This document shows positions 12,962-24,981 of a stretch of 64,000 bases of DNA, one piece after another (position 1 is the first letter of the stretch; each line of letters starts with the position of its first letter). The DNA is from Octopus vulgaris (taxonomy: Eukaryota): positions 17,980,001-18,044,000 of the forward strand of contig OX597817.1 in NCBI GenBank assembly GCA_951406725.2, in the 5' to 3' direction. The notes under the pieces are model-generated. The model did not search any database. It worked only from the letters and a program-made list of their open reading frames with translations, and had not been told where the DNA came from. A program made the position numbers and the translations under genes.

Positions 12962-13321
12962 TTTGTTAACGGTTATTTTTAATACTTTTCTTGCTGTATT
13001 GTGTATTCCATTTCTTTTTTTCCATCTCTGATTTTATTTTTGATCTTCTATGTAAATGAATATCCATTTTCCTCTGTCTGGCTGCTTTTCTTTTCTACAA
13101 AATGCGAAGTTACATTGTGGAACTGTTACTTGCCCAACAAGTTGTTTCTATTTATCACATGATGATATACATCTGCACCACTGGATACTCCTGAACCAGA
13201 TGTTGGAGTGTCCCACCTTGAGGCATGAATGCTAGATGTGTCGAAACAATTGTTGTGATTGGCAGTAATAAATTCTCATATATTCCATCTTCCGTCTTTC
13301 ATTTCCATATATATATGGGTG

Positions 13322-14270
13322 TCATTCTCTTTCAATTCCCAGACATGCTTTGCAAGACTAGTTGCTGTCCTGTTCTCGGTGTATTGGAAAGAATTTTGGT
13401 GGGAATAAAACCAAGTCTTGGAATGAATTTTCCAAAGCCCTTTGTGTAAATCTTATATTCTTGTGAGCCATCTACTTGCACTTCGGTAGCTCTATAAATG
13501 ATTCCTGTTTCAAGACATTTACCTTCCAGCAGACAGCAAATCTTGCAGTTGAATTTCTTCAGATTAGATTTAGCACTGTGGTTGTTTGTAATAATTTTTG
13601 TATTATGCTGATTAGTAAAAGGAATTGAAGTTTTCATAAGAATAGCTAACCTTCAGTGTTCTCCTCTTAAAAATCTCTATAGAACTTATGGCTATATGAA
13701 AATGTTTATAGACTAATTTTAAGAATTCCCTTACCCATATTAGTTTTTACGGCAATATTAAATGTGAGGTTAAACCACAAAACTTTTTCCTAGTTCTAGT
13801 TCGTTCTATTATTGTTAGAATTAGGCTTGTCTATACTGGATTCTCCCCTCTGAGAATCCACTTTTCCTTACATATTTTCAAATGCTGTCTCATCTGAAGG
13901 AATTGATCATATTCTGCCTTTTCTACATTACTAACTAGGTTCTTAAGAATGATGTGGATGATGTGATTCTTTGCTGATATAACATAGCTTCTCCTTTGGG
14001 CTTACTTTAAGGGTTTAATTTTATCTAATTGAAAAATCTAAGTTGATATCTAAAAAAATCTATGTTGTTAAGGTTACTTTCTATCTGTAATCCGTAAGCC
14101 CATATCTTTTGGGAAAAAAATTATCAGATTCCTCCTCCTAAGTTTATCTAATTTATGGCATGCATTGTAAATTATGGGTGGCTATAGGACTGTCATCCTA
14201 TATATACATGTACGTACCTCTAAACAGAATTGGTAGTTATAATAGCCGACTAAGGGATAAATTATTCATA
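13322..14270 (-). mobile_element. Penelope-like retroelement remnant (RT end plus GIY-YIG endonuclease), frameshifted
   Basis: NCKICCLLEGKCLETGIIYRATEV...YKIY matches the PLE CxC..CPLxGxC..GIIYxA..Y-G pattern; a YRDD-like RT motif lies near 14190-14205. Confidence 0.75.
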
Positions 14271-14360
14271 TAGGCTGCTGGGAGTGGCTGTGTGGTAAGT
14301 AGCTTTGCTAACTAACCACATGGTTCCAGGTTCAGTCCCACTGGCATGGCATCTTGGGCA

Positions 14361-17300
14361 TAATAATAATAATAATAATAATTGTGTACAGTGCTCAGGT
14401 GCACTACAACTCATCTAAAGTGTATATATAATCAGGTGTAGTTTCGGCGGATTTCGGAAAGCATGAGGGCCTTAAAAGATGCAGTGTTATGGCAGTCAAC
14501 AACTGACGCAGGCAGTTTATTCCATGCTTCAGCAACTCTGAGCGTGAAGAAATGTTTCCGAAAGTCATGGGAGCTGTGTTGTTTTCTGACTTTGTAGGCA
14601 TGTCCACGTGTGTTAGACACATGGAGATCAAAAAGGTGTTCAGTGTTGTTGTTGGTGAGGTGGTTGATAACTTTGTGGGTGTTTACCAAGTCCGTCGCCA
14701 AACGCCGGAGCTTCAGTGAATCCATGCCCAGGGAAACAAGGCGCTCAGAATATGGTAGGTGTCTGATGGAGGGTATGCGTTTGGTTGCACGTCTCTGGAC
14801 AGATTCCAGGAGGTCAATGTTCTGTGCAAGATAGGGGTTCCAAACTGATGATGCGAATTCCAAGTGTGGTCGTACCATAGCTGTATACAGTTTTAAATAG
14901 ATGGCTGGAGAGCGGCTAACAAAAGACCTGCTGAGTGATGCCAAGACACCCTCGGCCTTCCTGACAATCTTAGAGATATGCTTTGACCAACGCAAATCAC
15001 TGCTGACAGTGATGCCTAGGTCACGCTCGCAAGAGGATTTCTTGATATCAGTGTTGTGGAGGGAGTATGTGAACGCAGGGTTTTTTCTCCCAAAATGCAT
15101 GGTGGTACACTTGTCCACAGCCAGTTTCAGTTGCCAGTCTGTGATCCATTGCTGCATTGTGTCTAGGTCTGATTGCAGGAAAGAGTTGTAGACATCAGGA
15201 TCTGTCCTCTTGATTTCAAGGTACAGCTTGATGTCGTCTGCATATTTCAATACTGTGGCATTCTTTAAATTGGCATCTATGTCGTTAATGTATGCCACAA
15301 ACAAGAGGGGGCCAAGGACAGATCCCTGTGGTACACCCGATGACATCTCATATGGTGTAGAGTGCTGTCCTAGAACTGTGACTACCTCCTTTCGGCTGAG
15401 GATGAAGGATTTCAACCAGTTAAAAAGGTCATCCCCCACACCCATTGCAGAGAGTTTCACCATAAGCCTTTTGTGTGGCACAGAGTTGAAAGCCTTAGCA
15501 AAGTCAAGGTAGACAACATCCACCCATGAGCCACTGTCAGTAATCTGAGTAATGTCCTCAAGGAACTCGACAAGCTGGTCACTGCAGCTGGAGTTAGGGA
15601 CAAATCCATATTGTGAGGGTCGGATGAGACTGTGAGAGCTCCAGAAGTTCCAGAGTGTTTCTCTGACACACGATTCCATCAGTTTTGCAATACAGCTAGT
15701 GAGACTGACTGGGCGATAGTTGACAGGTGATGTGCGGTCGCCCTTTTTGAACAGAGGAATGACACTGGCAGTTTTCCACTGCTCCGGAGTAGCACCATTG
15801 TTGAGACAGTACTGGAAGAAAATAGAAAGCTGGTGTAAAGGAAGTGCCTGCCACGTTTGAGAAGCAGGTATGTAACTCCATCGAGACCAGGGGAGGCATA
15901 GTTGCGCTTATTTTGAAGGTGACGTCGCAGCATTGCAGGTGTAAATTCCATAGTTGTTATGGAGTTTGCTGTTAGTGATGGTGAAGATGGTACATTTTGA
16001 CTTTCAACAGTGAATATGTTTGCATAGCACTCGGCAATGAGTTCTGCGCATTCCTTGGGGTCGTCAGTGATCTGGTTTGTGTGAGGGTTGCGAAGAGGGC
16101 CCACTGGAGAGTGAGGTCTCTGCTTTGAGTGCACATATTTCCAGAAAACCTTGCTGTCAGGATTGGCTGCTATGCACTGTTCAAATTCAAGCACTGCTTT
16201 TTTTGTCACTTGCTTGAGATGGTTGGAGGATTTATTCCGCTTCTTCCTGTTGGTGTCTGATTTATGCAACCTGTATTCCCGTTCAGCAGTCCGACGTTCC
16301 CTCCTGGCAAGTCGGACCGCTGAAGTTTCCCAAATTGCCCTTTTGGGGCGGTTCTTCTTTTTTTGTTTACGTGGCACTGATGCTGCACATGCTGCCCATA
16401 TTGAGTCCAGGATACTCTGGAGTATAGTATTCACATCTCCAGAGTTGTAGAATTCACGCCAGTTTGGGTGCTGTAGTTCAGTGTGGTACAGGTTCCAATC
16501 TGCTCTCTTCCAATCGAAGGAAGCAGATTGGAGATGGTTCAGGTTTTTGTTGCCCGCAAGAGCCAGATTGGCGATGATCATAGCATGATCAGAGTCACCT
16601 AGAGGTTCCTCCGTAGTGCAATTGATAACCGCTTCAGGAGTTGTGGTGAAGAGCAGGTCCAAGGTGTTGTCGCCTCTTGTTGGAGAGGTGACTACTTGTG
16701 ACCAGTTTGAGTCCAGCACAAGCTCAACAAAATCGTTTGCACTCTGTGGCCAATGGAAGGTCTCCCAATCGATCTCAGGATGATTGAAATCGCCTGCAAT
16801 AAACACATAAGTGGCTGTTTTCCTGGCAGCAGCTCGGAGGACATTGCAAAGCTGTGTGTCCCGATGGTAACTTGGGGGACGATAAACAACGCCAAGCAGG
16901 AGTGTTGACATGGTCATACGCACGTCACAGAAAAAAACTTCTTCTTGTGATTCGTTCAAATCGGCACAAGGAATTACCAAAAAATTTGAACGAACGTAGA
17001 CCATCACACCACCACCACGGCGGTTAGTGCGGTCCTTACGGAAGAGGTTGTACCCCGTAATGTTGAAAACCCCATCACAGAGTAAGGAATGCGCCCATGT
17101 TTCCGTGACAGTGATGAAGTCAGGGTCAACACTTCTGACGTAGGCGTTGAACAAATGTATTTTGTTGCATAAACTGCGAGCATTTAAGGACAACAATTTG
17201 TACCCTGCTCGCAGTTTATGATGGTGTGTAGAGGATGGCAGGTTGTTCTGGCTTAGTTTCCCTGAGTTGCTGTAGTTTTTTTAGTTATTGTGGGTAGAGA
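14361..17300 (-). mobile_element. CR1-type non-LTR retrotransposon: APE+RT ORF2 with one frameshift, 3' UTR and (TTA)n tail
   Basis: APE motifs LNARSL, ETW, GGGV, YRPP, GDFN, SDH (15679-17196). RT motifs YLDFAKAF, GVPQGSVLGP, YADD (14432-15679). The frames join with one indel near 15838. The tail at 14361-14382 truncates a SINE A head (14277-14360). Confidence 0.95.
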
Positions 17301-17384
17301 GCACTCAGACCAGCTGGTATCTCTCTTCCACGTTTCAGCAGTCTTGACAAATCTCCAGATTTGTCCATCTCCAGATTTGTCCAT

Positions 17385-17435
17385 TATATAGTTATTTCCC
17401 TTACAAACCCGAGCAACGCCGGGCGATACTGCTAG
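17385..17435 (+). mobile_element. Non-autonomous Helitron 3' end
   Basis: CCCGAGCAACGCCGGG hairpin plus CTAG|T, matching the ends of 20192-20692 and 28053-28351. Confidence 0.8.
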
Positions 17436-18069
17436 TTTTATTATAACAACATTAGAGAGATTATTTACGTTCTCAACAAGACTAAAGGGTCTTTTAGACT
17501 TAATATAGTCTTCACTAATTTACCAAGTACTTTTATAAAGTGTACTGGGTACATTTTGATTGGTAGTAATATTTATTTTAATGAGTTGCTGCACTTTGAT
17601 AGTAATGATAAATAATTTTTTTTTTTCCTTTTCCACTGTATTTATTAATTTTCTAGTTATATGAAAAATATCGAAATACAATTACAATAATGACATCTTT
17701 GATCTTGAAATTGACTGAAACTAAGTTCAAACCAATTCTCTTGTTTCAGTGCTACATTATTTGGTTCAAAGGAACCTTCGACACCTTACACTCTAGCAAT
17801 TAAAATTTGAGTAGTCACAAACTATTGTAGCTTTTCATATTCTGCTTGCTTTTTTGGATATAAATTTTGTTCTAGCTTTTCTTTCTCTTATTAGCTTCCT
17901 CTCACATTCTCTTATTTTAAATATTTTTCTTCAGTGATGAAATCTAGAAAAATAACTTGTTCTATTATATTTTTGTAATTTCATTCATTTCAAATGCAAA
18001 ATAATAAAATATGTTGCCTCCTATCCTTCTTTCTCTCTTGTTAATAACTTCTAAACACTTTATCTCTCA

Positions 18070-18426
18070 CTAGCAGTATCGCCCGGCGTTGCTCGGGTTT
18101 GTAAGGGAAATAACTATATAAGCATTTTTAGAGAGTTATAGCCAAAAAATAGCAAAAAAATGCATTAAAAATGGAAAAAAATGATGGTAAATTTTTAAAA
18201 AAATCGTTGACTCATCATAGACATTTTTAGAGAGTTACTTCCCTTATATAATAGCGAAAAAATGCATTAAAATGGAAAAAAATGATGGTAAATTTTTTTT
18301 AAATCGTAGACTCATCATAGATGCGCGCTAATACCCAGAAGGGCTCGATATGAATCACGACTATAAGATACCCGGTTTTGGTTAAACTGCACCGTAAAAT
18401 GTTGGAGTAGTTAGGAATCTAAATTG
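18070..18426 (-). mobile_element. Non-autonomous Helitron, 5'-truncated
   Basis: Reverse complement of the 20192-20692 family; begins with CTAG and the hairpin. Confidence 0.85.
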
Positions 18427-18828
18427 TAGAAAAATAACTTGTTCTATTATATTTTTGTAATTTCATTCACTTCTATGCAAAATAATAAAATATGTTGCCT
18501 CCTATCCTTCTTTCTCTCTTGTTAATAACTTCTAAACACTTTATCTCTCATTAGATGTATGTTCTTCCTCTTTTAGAATAGCTTCGTTCTCTATTACTAA
18601 TTACCTGGTATCAAATGATATGCACATGGATTCATACTAATATGACTGACAGTGTAATGTTTTAAAGAATGAATTACTAAGAAATATCACTCAAAGATGT
18701 AATCTACAAGAAAAATCATTACTTAATTTAGTGTTATTTGATTTAGTGTTTAGCATCAAAAGGATAATCTGAAATGGTTATGTTATGAGGATAAAACAAC
18801 ATCAGCCAATGATTAATATTATTGTGTG

Positions 18829-19205
18829 GAGGCGCAATGGCCCAGTGGTTAGGGCAGCGGACTTGCGGTCATAGGATCGCGGTTTCGATTCCCAGACCGG
18901 ACGTTGTGAGTGTTTATTGAGCGAAAACACCTAAAAGCTCCACGAGTCTCCGGCAGGGGATGGTGGTGATCCCTGCTGTACTCTTTCACCAAAACTTTCT
19001 CTCACTCTTTCTTCCTGTTTCTGTTGTACCTGTATTTCAAGGGGCCGGCCTTGTCACTCACGCTGAATATCCCCGAGAACTACGTTAAGGGTGCACGTGT
19101 CTGTGGAGTGCTCAGCCACTTACATGTTAATTTCATGAGCAGGCTGTTCCGTTGATTCGGATCAACCGGAACCCTCATCGTCGTAACTGACGGAGTGCTT
19201 CCATC
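18829..19205 (+). mobile_element. tRNA-derived SINE family B
   Basis: tRNA-like head GGCGCAATGGCCCAGTGGTTAGGGCAGCGGAC...GGTTTCGATTCC followed by a non-tRNA body shared with 3255-3530. Confidence 0.8.
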
Positions 19206-19688
19206 CAATATTATTTTAATTACAAGAAATAACTCCAGACATGTTTCAGTCTAGTTAAACTTCTTCAGCATAGTACAGACTATACCGTACTTGCCAAAGT
19301 AATGTTAAGAGATTCATTGTACATAAGTAGATGTGAAAATTTGCATATTACTGAGAGAAGTTATGTTATCTTCAAATTTACTTTTCCATACAAAAAGCAT
19401 TTATATTAGTTAGTTTAGGGGTAGTGGTTCTTCCCTTGGGTGATAGCATCTCCTTGGGAGCATCAACGACCCATAAGTGGGTGGCATATCTCAAAAGGGG
19501 TTACTATGGAGCTGTTGGATGTTTTCTTTAGAAATCAAATATTTTAACCAGATACAACACTTGCATTTTAAGCACATTTTTTTTTAAAAAAAAGCTTAAT
19601 TGCAGTTAAAATTTAAATAGGACATTGTATTATCAGTGAGCAGAAACACGACTGATTGCACACCAAGGTTCAATATAATTTCATTATA

Positions 19689-19859
19689 GGTGTAGGAGTG
19701 GCTATGTGGTAAGTAGCTTGCTTATCAACCACATGGTTCCGGGTTCAGTCCCACTGCATAGCACCTTGGGCAAGTGTCTTCTGCTATAGCCTCGGGCTGA
19801 CCAAAGCCTTGTGATTGGATATGGTAGACGGAAACTGAAAGAAGCCTGTCGTATATATG

Positions 19860-19890
<31 letters not shown>

Positions 19891-20078
19891 ATGTTTGTGT
19901 GTCTGTGTTTGTCACCCCAACATCGCTTGACAACTAATGCTGGTGTGTTTACGTCCCTGTAACTTAGCTTACAGAGAATAAGTCCTGGGGTCAATTTGCT
20001 CGACTAAAGGCGGTGCTCCAGCATGGCTGCAGTCAAAATGACTGAAACAGGCAAAAGAGTAAAGAGAGAGTAAAGAGT
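19689..20078 (+). mobile_element. SINE family A
   Basis: Match to the other copies with a small internal deletion. Confidence 0.88.
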
Positions 20079-20191
20079 ATATAGCGCCCTTGTAAGGCAG
20101 CAAGCTGACAGCAACTGATTTGGGGCCAATTATTGATCTCATAATTTATTATTGGAAAAACTTTACAATAATTTCATTTGTTGTTTGTAAA

Positions 20192-20692
20192 TCTTTATAT
20201 ATAAAAGTGAAGTTGTGTGTCTGTCTCCTACGATTTAGATTCCTAACTACTCCCACATTTTGCTATGCAGTTTAACCAAAACCGGGTATCTTATAGTCAT
20301 GATTCATATCGAGCCCTTCTGGGTATTAGCGCACGTCTACGATGAGTCTACGATTTAAAAAAAATTTTACCATCATTTTTTTCCATTTTAATGCATTTTT
20401 GTTGCTATTATATAAGGGATGTAACTCTCTAAAAATGTCTACGATGAGTCAACGATTTTTAAAAAGATTTACCATCATTTTTTTCCATTTTAATGCATTT
20501 TTTCGCTATTATATAAGGGAAGTAACTCTCTAAAAATGTCTACGATGAGTCAACGATTTAAAAAAAAATTTACCATAATTTTTTTTTTCCATTTTTAATG
20601 CATTTTTTGCTATTTTTTGGCTATAACTATCTAAAAATGCTTATATAGTTATTTCCCTTACAAACCCGAGCAACGCCGGGCGATACTGCCAG
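20192..20692 (+). mobile_element. Non-autonomous Helitron with internal ~100-bp tandem repeats
   Basis: A|TC 5' end, subterminal hairpin CCCGAGCAACGCCGGG, CCAG|T 3' end, no TSD. Confidence 0.85.
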
Positions 20693-20768
20693 TTATTAAT
20701 GAAACATTTGTTTATATCAAAACTAAGGTTTATCCAACTTCTTATTTTCATTTCATTCTTTGTTACAG

Positions 20769-20836
20769 GATTTAAAAGCACACATGAGTGCGTTCATTAA
20801 GGATAGTAGACTTTATTCACAAATTGTCAAATTTAC
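20769..20836 (+). CDS. BPI/LBP-family exon (DLKAHMSAFIKDSRLYSQIVKFT)
   Basis: ttgttacag / gtaagt, 68 nt, phase 0/2; aligns by position to BPI [23 protein letters not shown]. Confidence 0.82.
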
Positions 20837-21245
20837 GTAAGTTTAACATTAACTCTTTCCTTATCATATTTTTGTTGAAACACTCTGCTGTTTTTTCAGC
20901 TACTTTTGAAAATAATGAATTTAGTAAAAACAACCTCCTCATTATTAAGCTAGTGTCTGGAACATAAATCAGTTTTAAATTTTGATGGAAGATTTTAATT
21001 TTGATGGGAGGTTTTAATTAAATTTTGATGGGAGGTTTTAATTAAAATCACTTTAAATCAGGGACTGTTTGAGATGGGTTGATATGAAAAGAGTTAAAGA
21101 AAATGCTACAAAAAAAAAAAGCAAAGCGGGTTTATTTTATTATTTCTTTTATTTTTTTTAATTTTTATTTTTTAGAATGCAGTATTATTGAAATATACTT
21201 CATGAAAATTCATTATGAATGATAGAAATATTGGTTGAAATAATT

Positions 21246-21823
21246 TAACTCTTTAGCATCCAAACTGACCATATCTGGCCCACCCAAATATTCAACTTGC
21301 TTTATGCTCAAACTGGTCAAATCTGGTTTCTCACACCTACTCCATAATAATATTAAAAAAACCAAGCAACTACATCATTGAAATCTTGGGGCTACAAAAT
21401 AATGATGGTTAAGTCAAACTCCATCTGTCTAACACCCGTGGACATGTTTACAAAGTCAGAAAACCGCACAGCTCCCATGACTTTCGGAAACATTTTTTCA
21501 TGCTAAGAGTTGCTGAAGTGTGGAACAAACTGCCAGCATCAGTTGTTAGTTGTCGGAGCACTGCATCCTTCAAAACTTCCATGCTTCCTGAGATTCGCCA
21601 ACACTACACCTGATTTTCTCCCCTCCATACACACGCAAGCATGTAGTTGACTCATACATTGTTCGCTTTCCAGACATTTGTACATTACTGCATGTACTTT
21701 ATATGCACTTTCTGACAAGTTGTGGTGCACCTGAGCACTGTATACAATTATTTCATTATTATTATATAATGTGAATAAATAAGCATTACATTTGACAGAG
21801 TAATCTGAATGCTAAAGGGTTAA
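21246..21823. mobile_element. TTAA-flanked (piggyBac-like) MITE interrupted by a CR1 3' fragment (about 21420-21767, +)
   Basis: TTAA-CTCTTTAGCAT ... ATGCTAAAGGG-TTAA; uninterrupted relative at 36337-36564. Confidence 0.8.
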
Positions 21824-22125
21824 AGTTGATGTAGTTAATCTATTTTCTTGCAAGCAATTTGTGGTTGTATGGAAATGTAATTCTATAGAGTAATATATCT
21901 GCGAAATTCTACTTTGTATCATAGTTCAGTGATGTGAGAGAAGATATTTAAAAATAGAATAAAGCAATTATATATATGAATAAATATATTTTTTGCTCAG
22001 GTACTTAATATAGACAATTGAATTAACTATAGTGTATTATTGATATTAGGGTGATGAATTGGCTGAATCATTAGTGCAAGATAGACTGCATTGTGGTATC
22101 TTATATCTGTTCCAATTCTCTATGC

Positions 22126-22362
22126 CAGTGGTTTTCAACCAGGGTTCCGCGGAACCTTAGGGTTCCGCGGAACCTTAGGGTTCCGCCAGTACAGTCCAGG
22201 GGTTCTGCAAGAAGTTACAAAAATGTTAAAATCAACAGCAATTTTTAATTCTCCTGTGCAGATATGTCTGCATAAGACAATTAAATTATTGCACAGGGGT
22301 TCCTCGAGCCAGTGGAATGTTTCCTTGGTGTTCCTCTTCAGCAAAAAGTTTGAAAAGCACTG
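22126..22362. mobile_element. hAT (Charlie-like) MITE
   Basis: TIRs CAGTGGTTTTCAAC / TTTGAAAAGCACTG with a perfect 8-bp TSD CTCTATGC (22118-22125, 22363-22370). Confidence 0.9.
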
Positions 22363-22660
22363 CTCTATGCTCTGAGTTCAAATCCTGCTGATTTTGTCTT
22401 TTTTTCCGAAGTACCAATTCAGAGCAATGGATTTTCAGAATTGTTATTGCATTGGATGGCCTTTCTTGCAGTATCTGTTCCATCCCTGTGCCTCCTGGGT
22501 TTAAATGGTACTCTGTCAGCTGAAAGATGGTGATGCTTCTGTCAGGTGTTGCAAGTGACAGATAGTATCAGCAGTTTGAAACATGGTTTCCTTTGATTAT
22601 TTAAAAAATTAATCAAGTTTTGTCATTGCTTTAGACTCCTTCTTTTGGAAACATCTACAC

Positions 22661-23061
22661 AGCGCAGGAGTGGCTGTGTGGTAAGTAGCTTGCTAACCAA
22701 CCACAGGGTTCAGTCCCACTGCGTGGCACCTTGGGCAAGTGTCTTCTGCTATAGCCCCGGGCCGACCAATGCCTTGTGAGTGGATTTGGTAGACGGAAAC
22801 TGAAAGAAGCCTGTCGTATATATGTATATATATATATATGCATGTGTGTGTTTGTGTGTCTGTGTTTGTCCCTCTAGCATTGCTTGACAACCGATGCTGG
22901 TGTGTTTACGTCCCCGTCACTTAGCGGTTCGGCAAAAGAGACCGATAGAATAAGTACTGGGCTTACAAAGAATAAGTCCTGAGGTTGATTTGCTCGACTA
23001 AAGGCGGTGCTCCAGCATGGCTGGAGTCAAATGACTGAAACAAGTAAAAGAGTAAAAGAGT
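22661..23061 (+). mobile_element. SINE family A
   Basis: Match to the other copies. Confidence 0.88.
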
Positions 23062-23682
23062 ATAGTATCTAATCAAAAGAATGTGGAAGCCAGTACATGG
23101 TCACTCTGCTTGCCAGAAATAGCAGCTCAAGTTCCTATAATCTTAAAAAAAGAAGAACATTTGGATAGTATAGTTCTGGATATACTGTATGAAAATAATA
23201 TGGAATGGTCATGATTAGTATACTTTGATTATAGGTTTGCTTGATTGTAGCTGACATGGGCTAAACAATAGTAATTGAATATTATACATAACAAAATAGT
23301 GGTTCATTGACAGAAATAGTAGAAAGCATGCTAGACTGAGTACTATCAGTCATCGTTCACTAATTGTTTTAGAGAACTATGTTGTCAATAATAAAAGACA
23401 TAGGATACACCCTAATCCTCTCACCCATGACCCAGTGAAACATCAAAGATGTGACCGCTAAGAGAGAGAGAGTGGGGCTGCACCAGTGCCTGGCTGGTAC
23501 TCATTACAGCTGAGTAGACTGGAGCAGTGTAAGACGAAATGCCTTGCTTAGGGACACAATGTGTTGCCTGATCCAGGAATTGAACCTGCAACATGATGAT
23601 CATAGGCCAAACACCCTAACCACTAGGCCATGTCCCTTCACAATGCTAGACTAAATAGAATATTTATTCAATATCCCTATAT

Positions 23683-23905
23683 ATTTCTTTACTACCCACA
23701 AGGAGCTAAACACAAAGGGGACAAACAAGGACAGACAAAGGGATTAAGTCGATTACATCGACCCCAGTGCGAAACTGGTACTTAATTTATCGACCCCGGA
23801 AGGATGAAAGGCAAAGTCGACCTCGGCGGAATTTGAACTTGGAACGTAACGACAGACGAAATACGGCTACGCATTTCGCCTGGCGTGCTAACGTTTCTGC
23901 CAGCT
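23683..23905 (-). mobile_element. tRNA-derived SINE family C
   Basis: Reverse strand AGCTGGCAGAAACGTTAGCACGCC...GTTCAAATTCCGCCGAGGTCGACTTTGCCTTTCATCC...GTAAAGAAAT; same family as 24982-25211 and 56131-56918. Confidence 0.85.
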
Positions 23906-23966
23906 CTGAATTTAGATGCTAATGAAGTCAATTTTACTTTTCATCCCTTTAGGTGTAGTAAGATAA

Positions 23967-24260
23967 TCATCATCATCGTTTAACGTCCGTTCTCCATGCT
24001 AGCATGGGTTGGACGGTTCGACCGGGGTTCTGGGAAGCCAGAAGGCTGCACCAGGCTCCGGTCTTATCTGGCAATGTTTCTACAGCTGGATGCCCTTCCT
24101 AACGCCAACCACTCCGTGAGTGTAGTGGGTGCTTTTTATGTGCCACCTGCCCAGGTGCCAGGCGAGGCTGGCAACGGCCACGGTCGGACTGGTGTATTTT
24201 ATGTGCCACCGGCACGGAAGCCAGTCGAGGCGGTGCTGGCATCGGCCACGAGTCGGATCC
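23967..24260 (-). mobile_element. RTE-LINE 3'-UTR-type repeat
   Basis: Same family as 7710-8015. Confidence 0.8.
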
Positions 24261-24583
24261 TTAAATATGAGTAAAATACTGGAATCAATACAATAAATTA
24301 TTGGTTTTGGACTTTATCCCCCCAAAAAATCAGTTTATATATAAATTGATCAGATGTGAAGGTTCATGCTTTCATTTCTCACACTAGAAACTTCCCAGAC
24401 ATTTTAGTTTTTTTGAAAATTGATGTTTACACACAATCTGTTAATGTCTATAATCTCCAGTTTTTCCAAGATTAGTTTGTGACAGGGGACAGGATATAAA
24501 TCTGATAAAGCACAAATTTATCTGATGTCTGTATTTCCTATCATTTGCAAATTTCATTTTCTTTTTTTTTTTTCTTTTTCCAG

Positions 24584-24632
24584 TTTCAAAACAATTAATA
24601 GGAAAAATAGTTTATTTGGTGAAAATTTCAAT
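24584..24632 (+). CDS. BPI/LBP-family exon (FKTINRKNSLFGENFN)
   Basis: Long polypyrimidine tract plus cag, donor gtgagt, 49 nt, phase 2/0, in frame with both neighbours. Confidence 0.82.
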
Positions 24633-24981
24633 GTGAGTTTATTTAATTTATAAGATGTCTACATTTCTGATATGAATTATTGGTGTGATAATTTAAATTT
24701 CCTGAACTATTAACCTCATCTGTTTTTATATTTTCATTTGGCCAATCGTTGCTTAATCTCAGATGTCATATTTCAGCACACATCTGCTCTCTGATGGTGG
24801 TGAAGTGGCTGAGTTATTAGATACTAGATAAAATACATCCTGAATTTGTTTTGGCTCTCTGTAGCGTGAGTTCAAATCTTGCTGTGGTCAACTTTGCATT
24901 TTATCCTTTAAGGGTCAGTAAAAAAGTATTGATTCAGGGTAGTAGATTGATGAATCTTTTAAAGAGTCAGGCAAAATACCT

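Noticed and set aside
17657-17800. Candidate for the missing BPI exon (LYEKYRNTITIMT...)
   Set aside because: It begins plausibly but runs into a stop without a donor and lacks the expected Pro-containing motif.
18829-18900. tRNA-like sequence
   Set aside because: It is a SINE head that continues into a repeat body; no complete cloverleaf or Pol III terminator.
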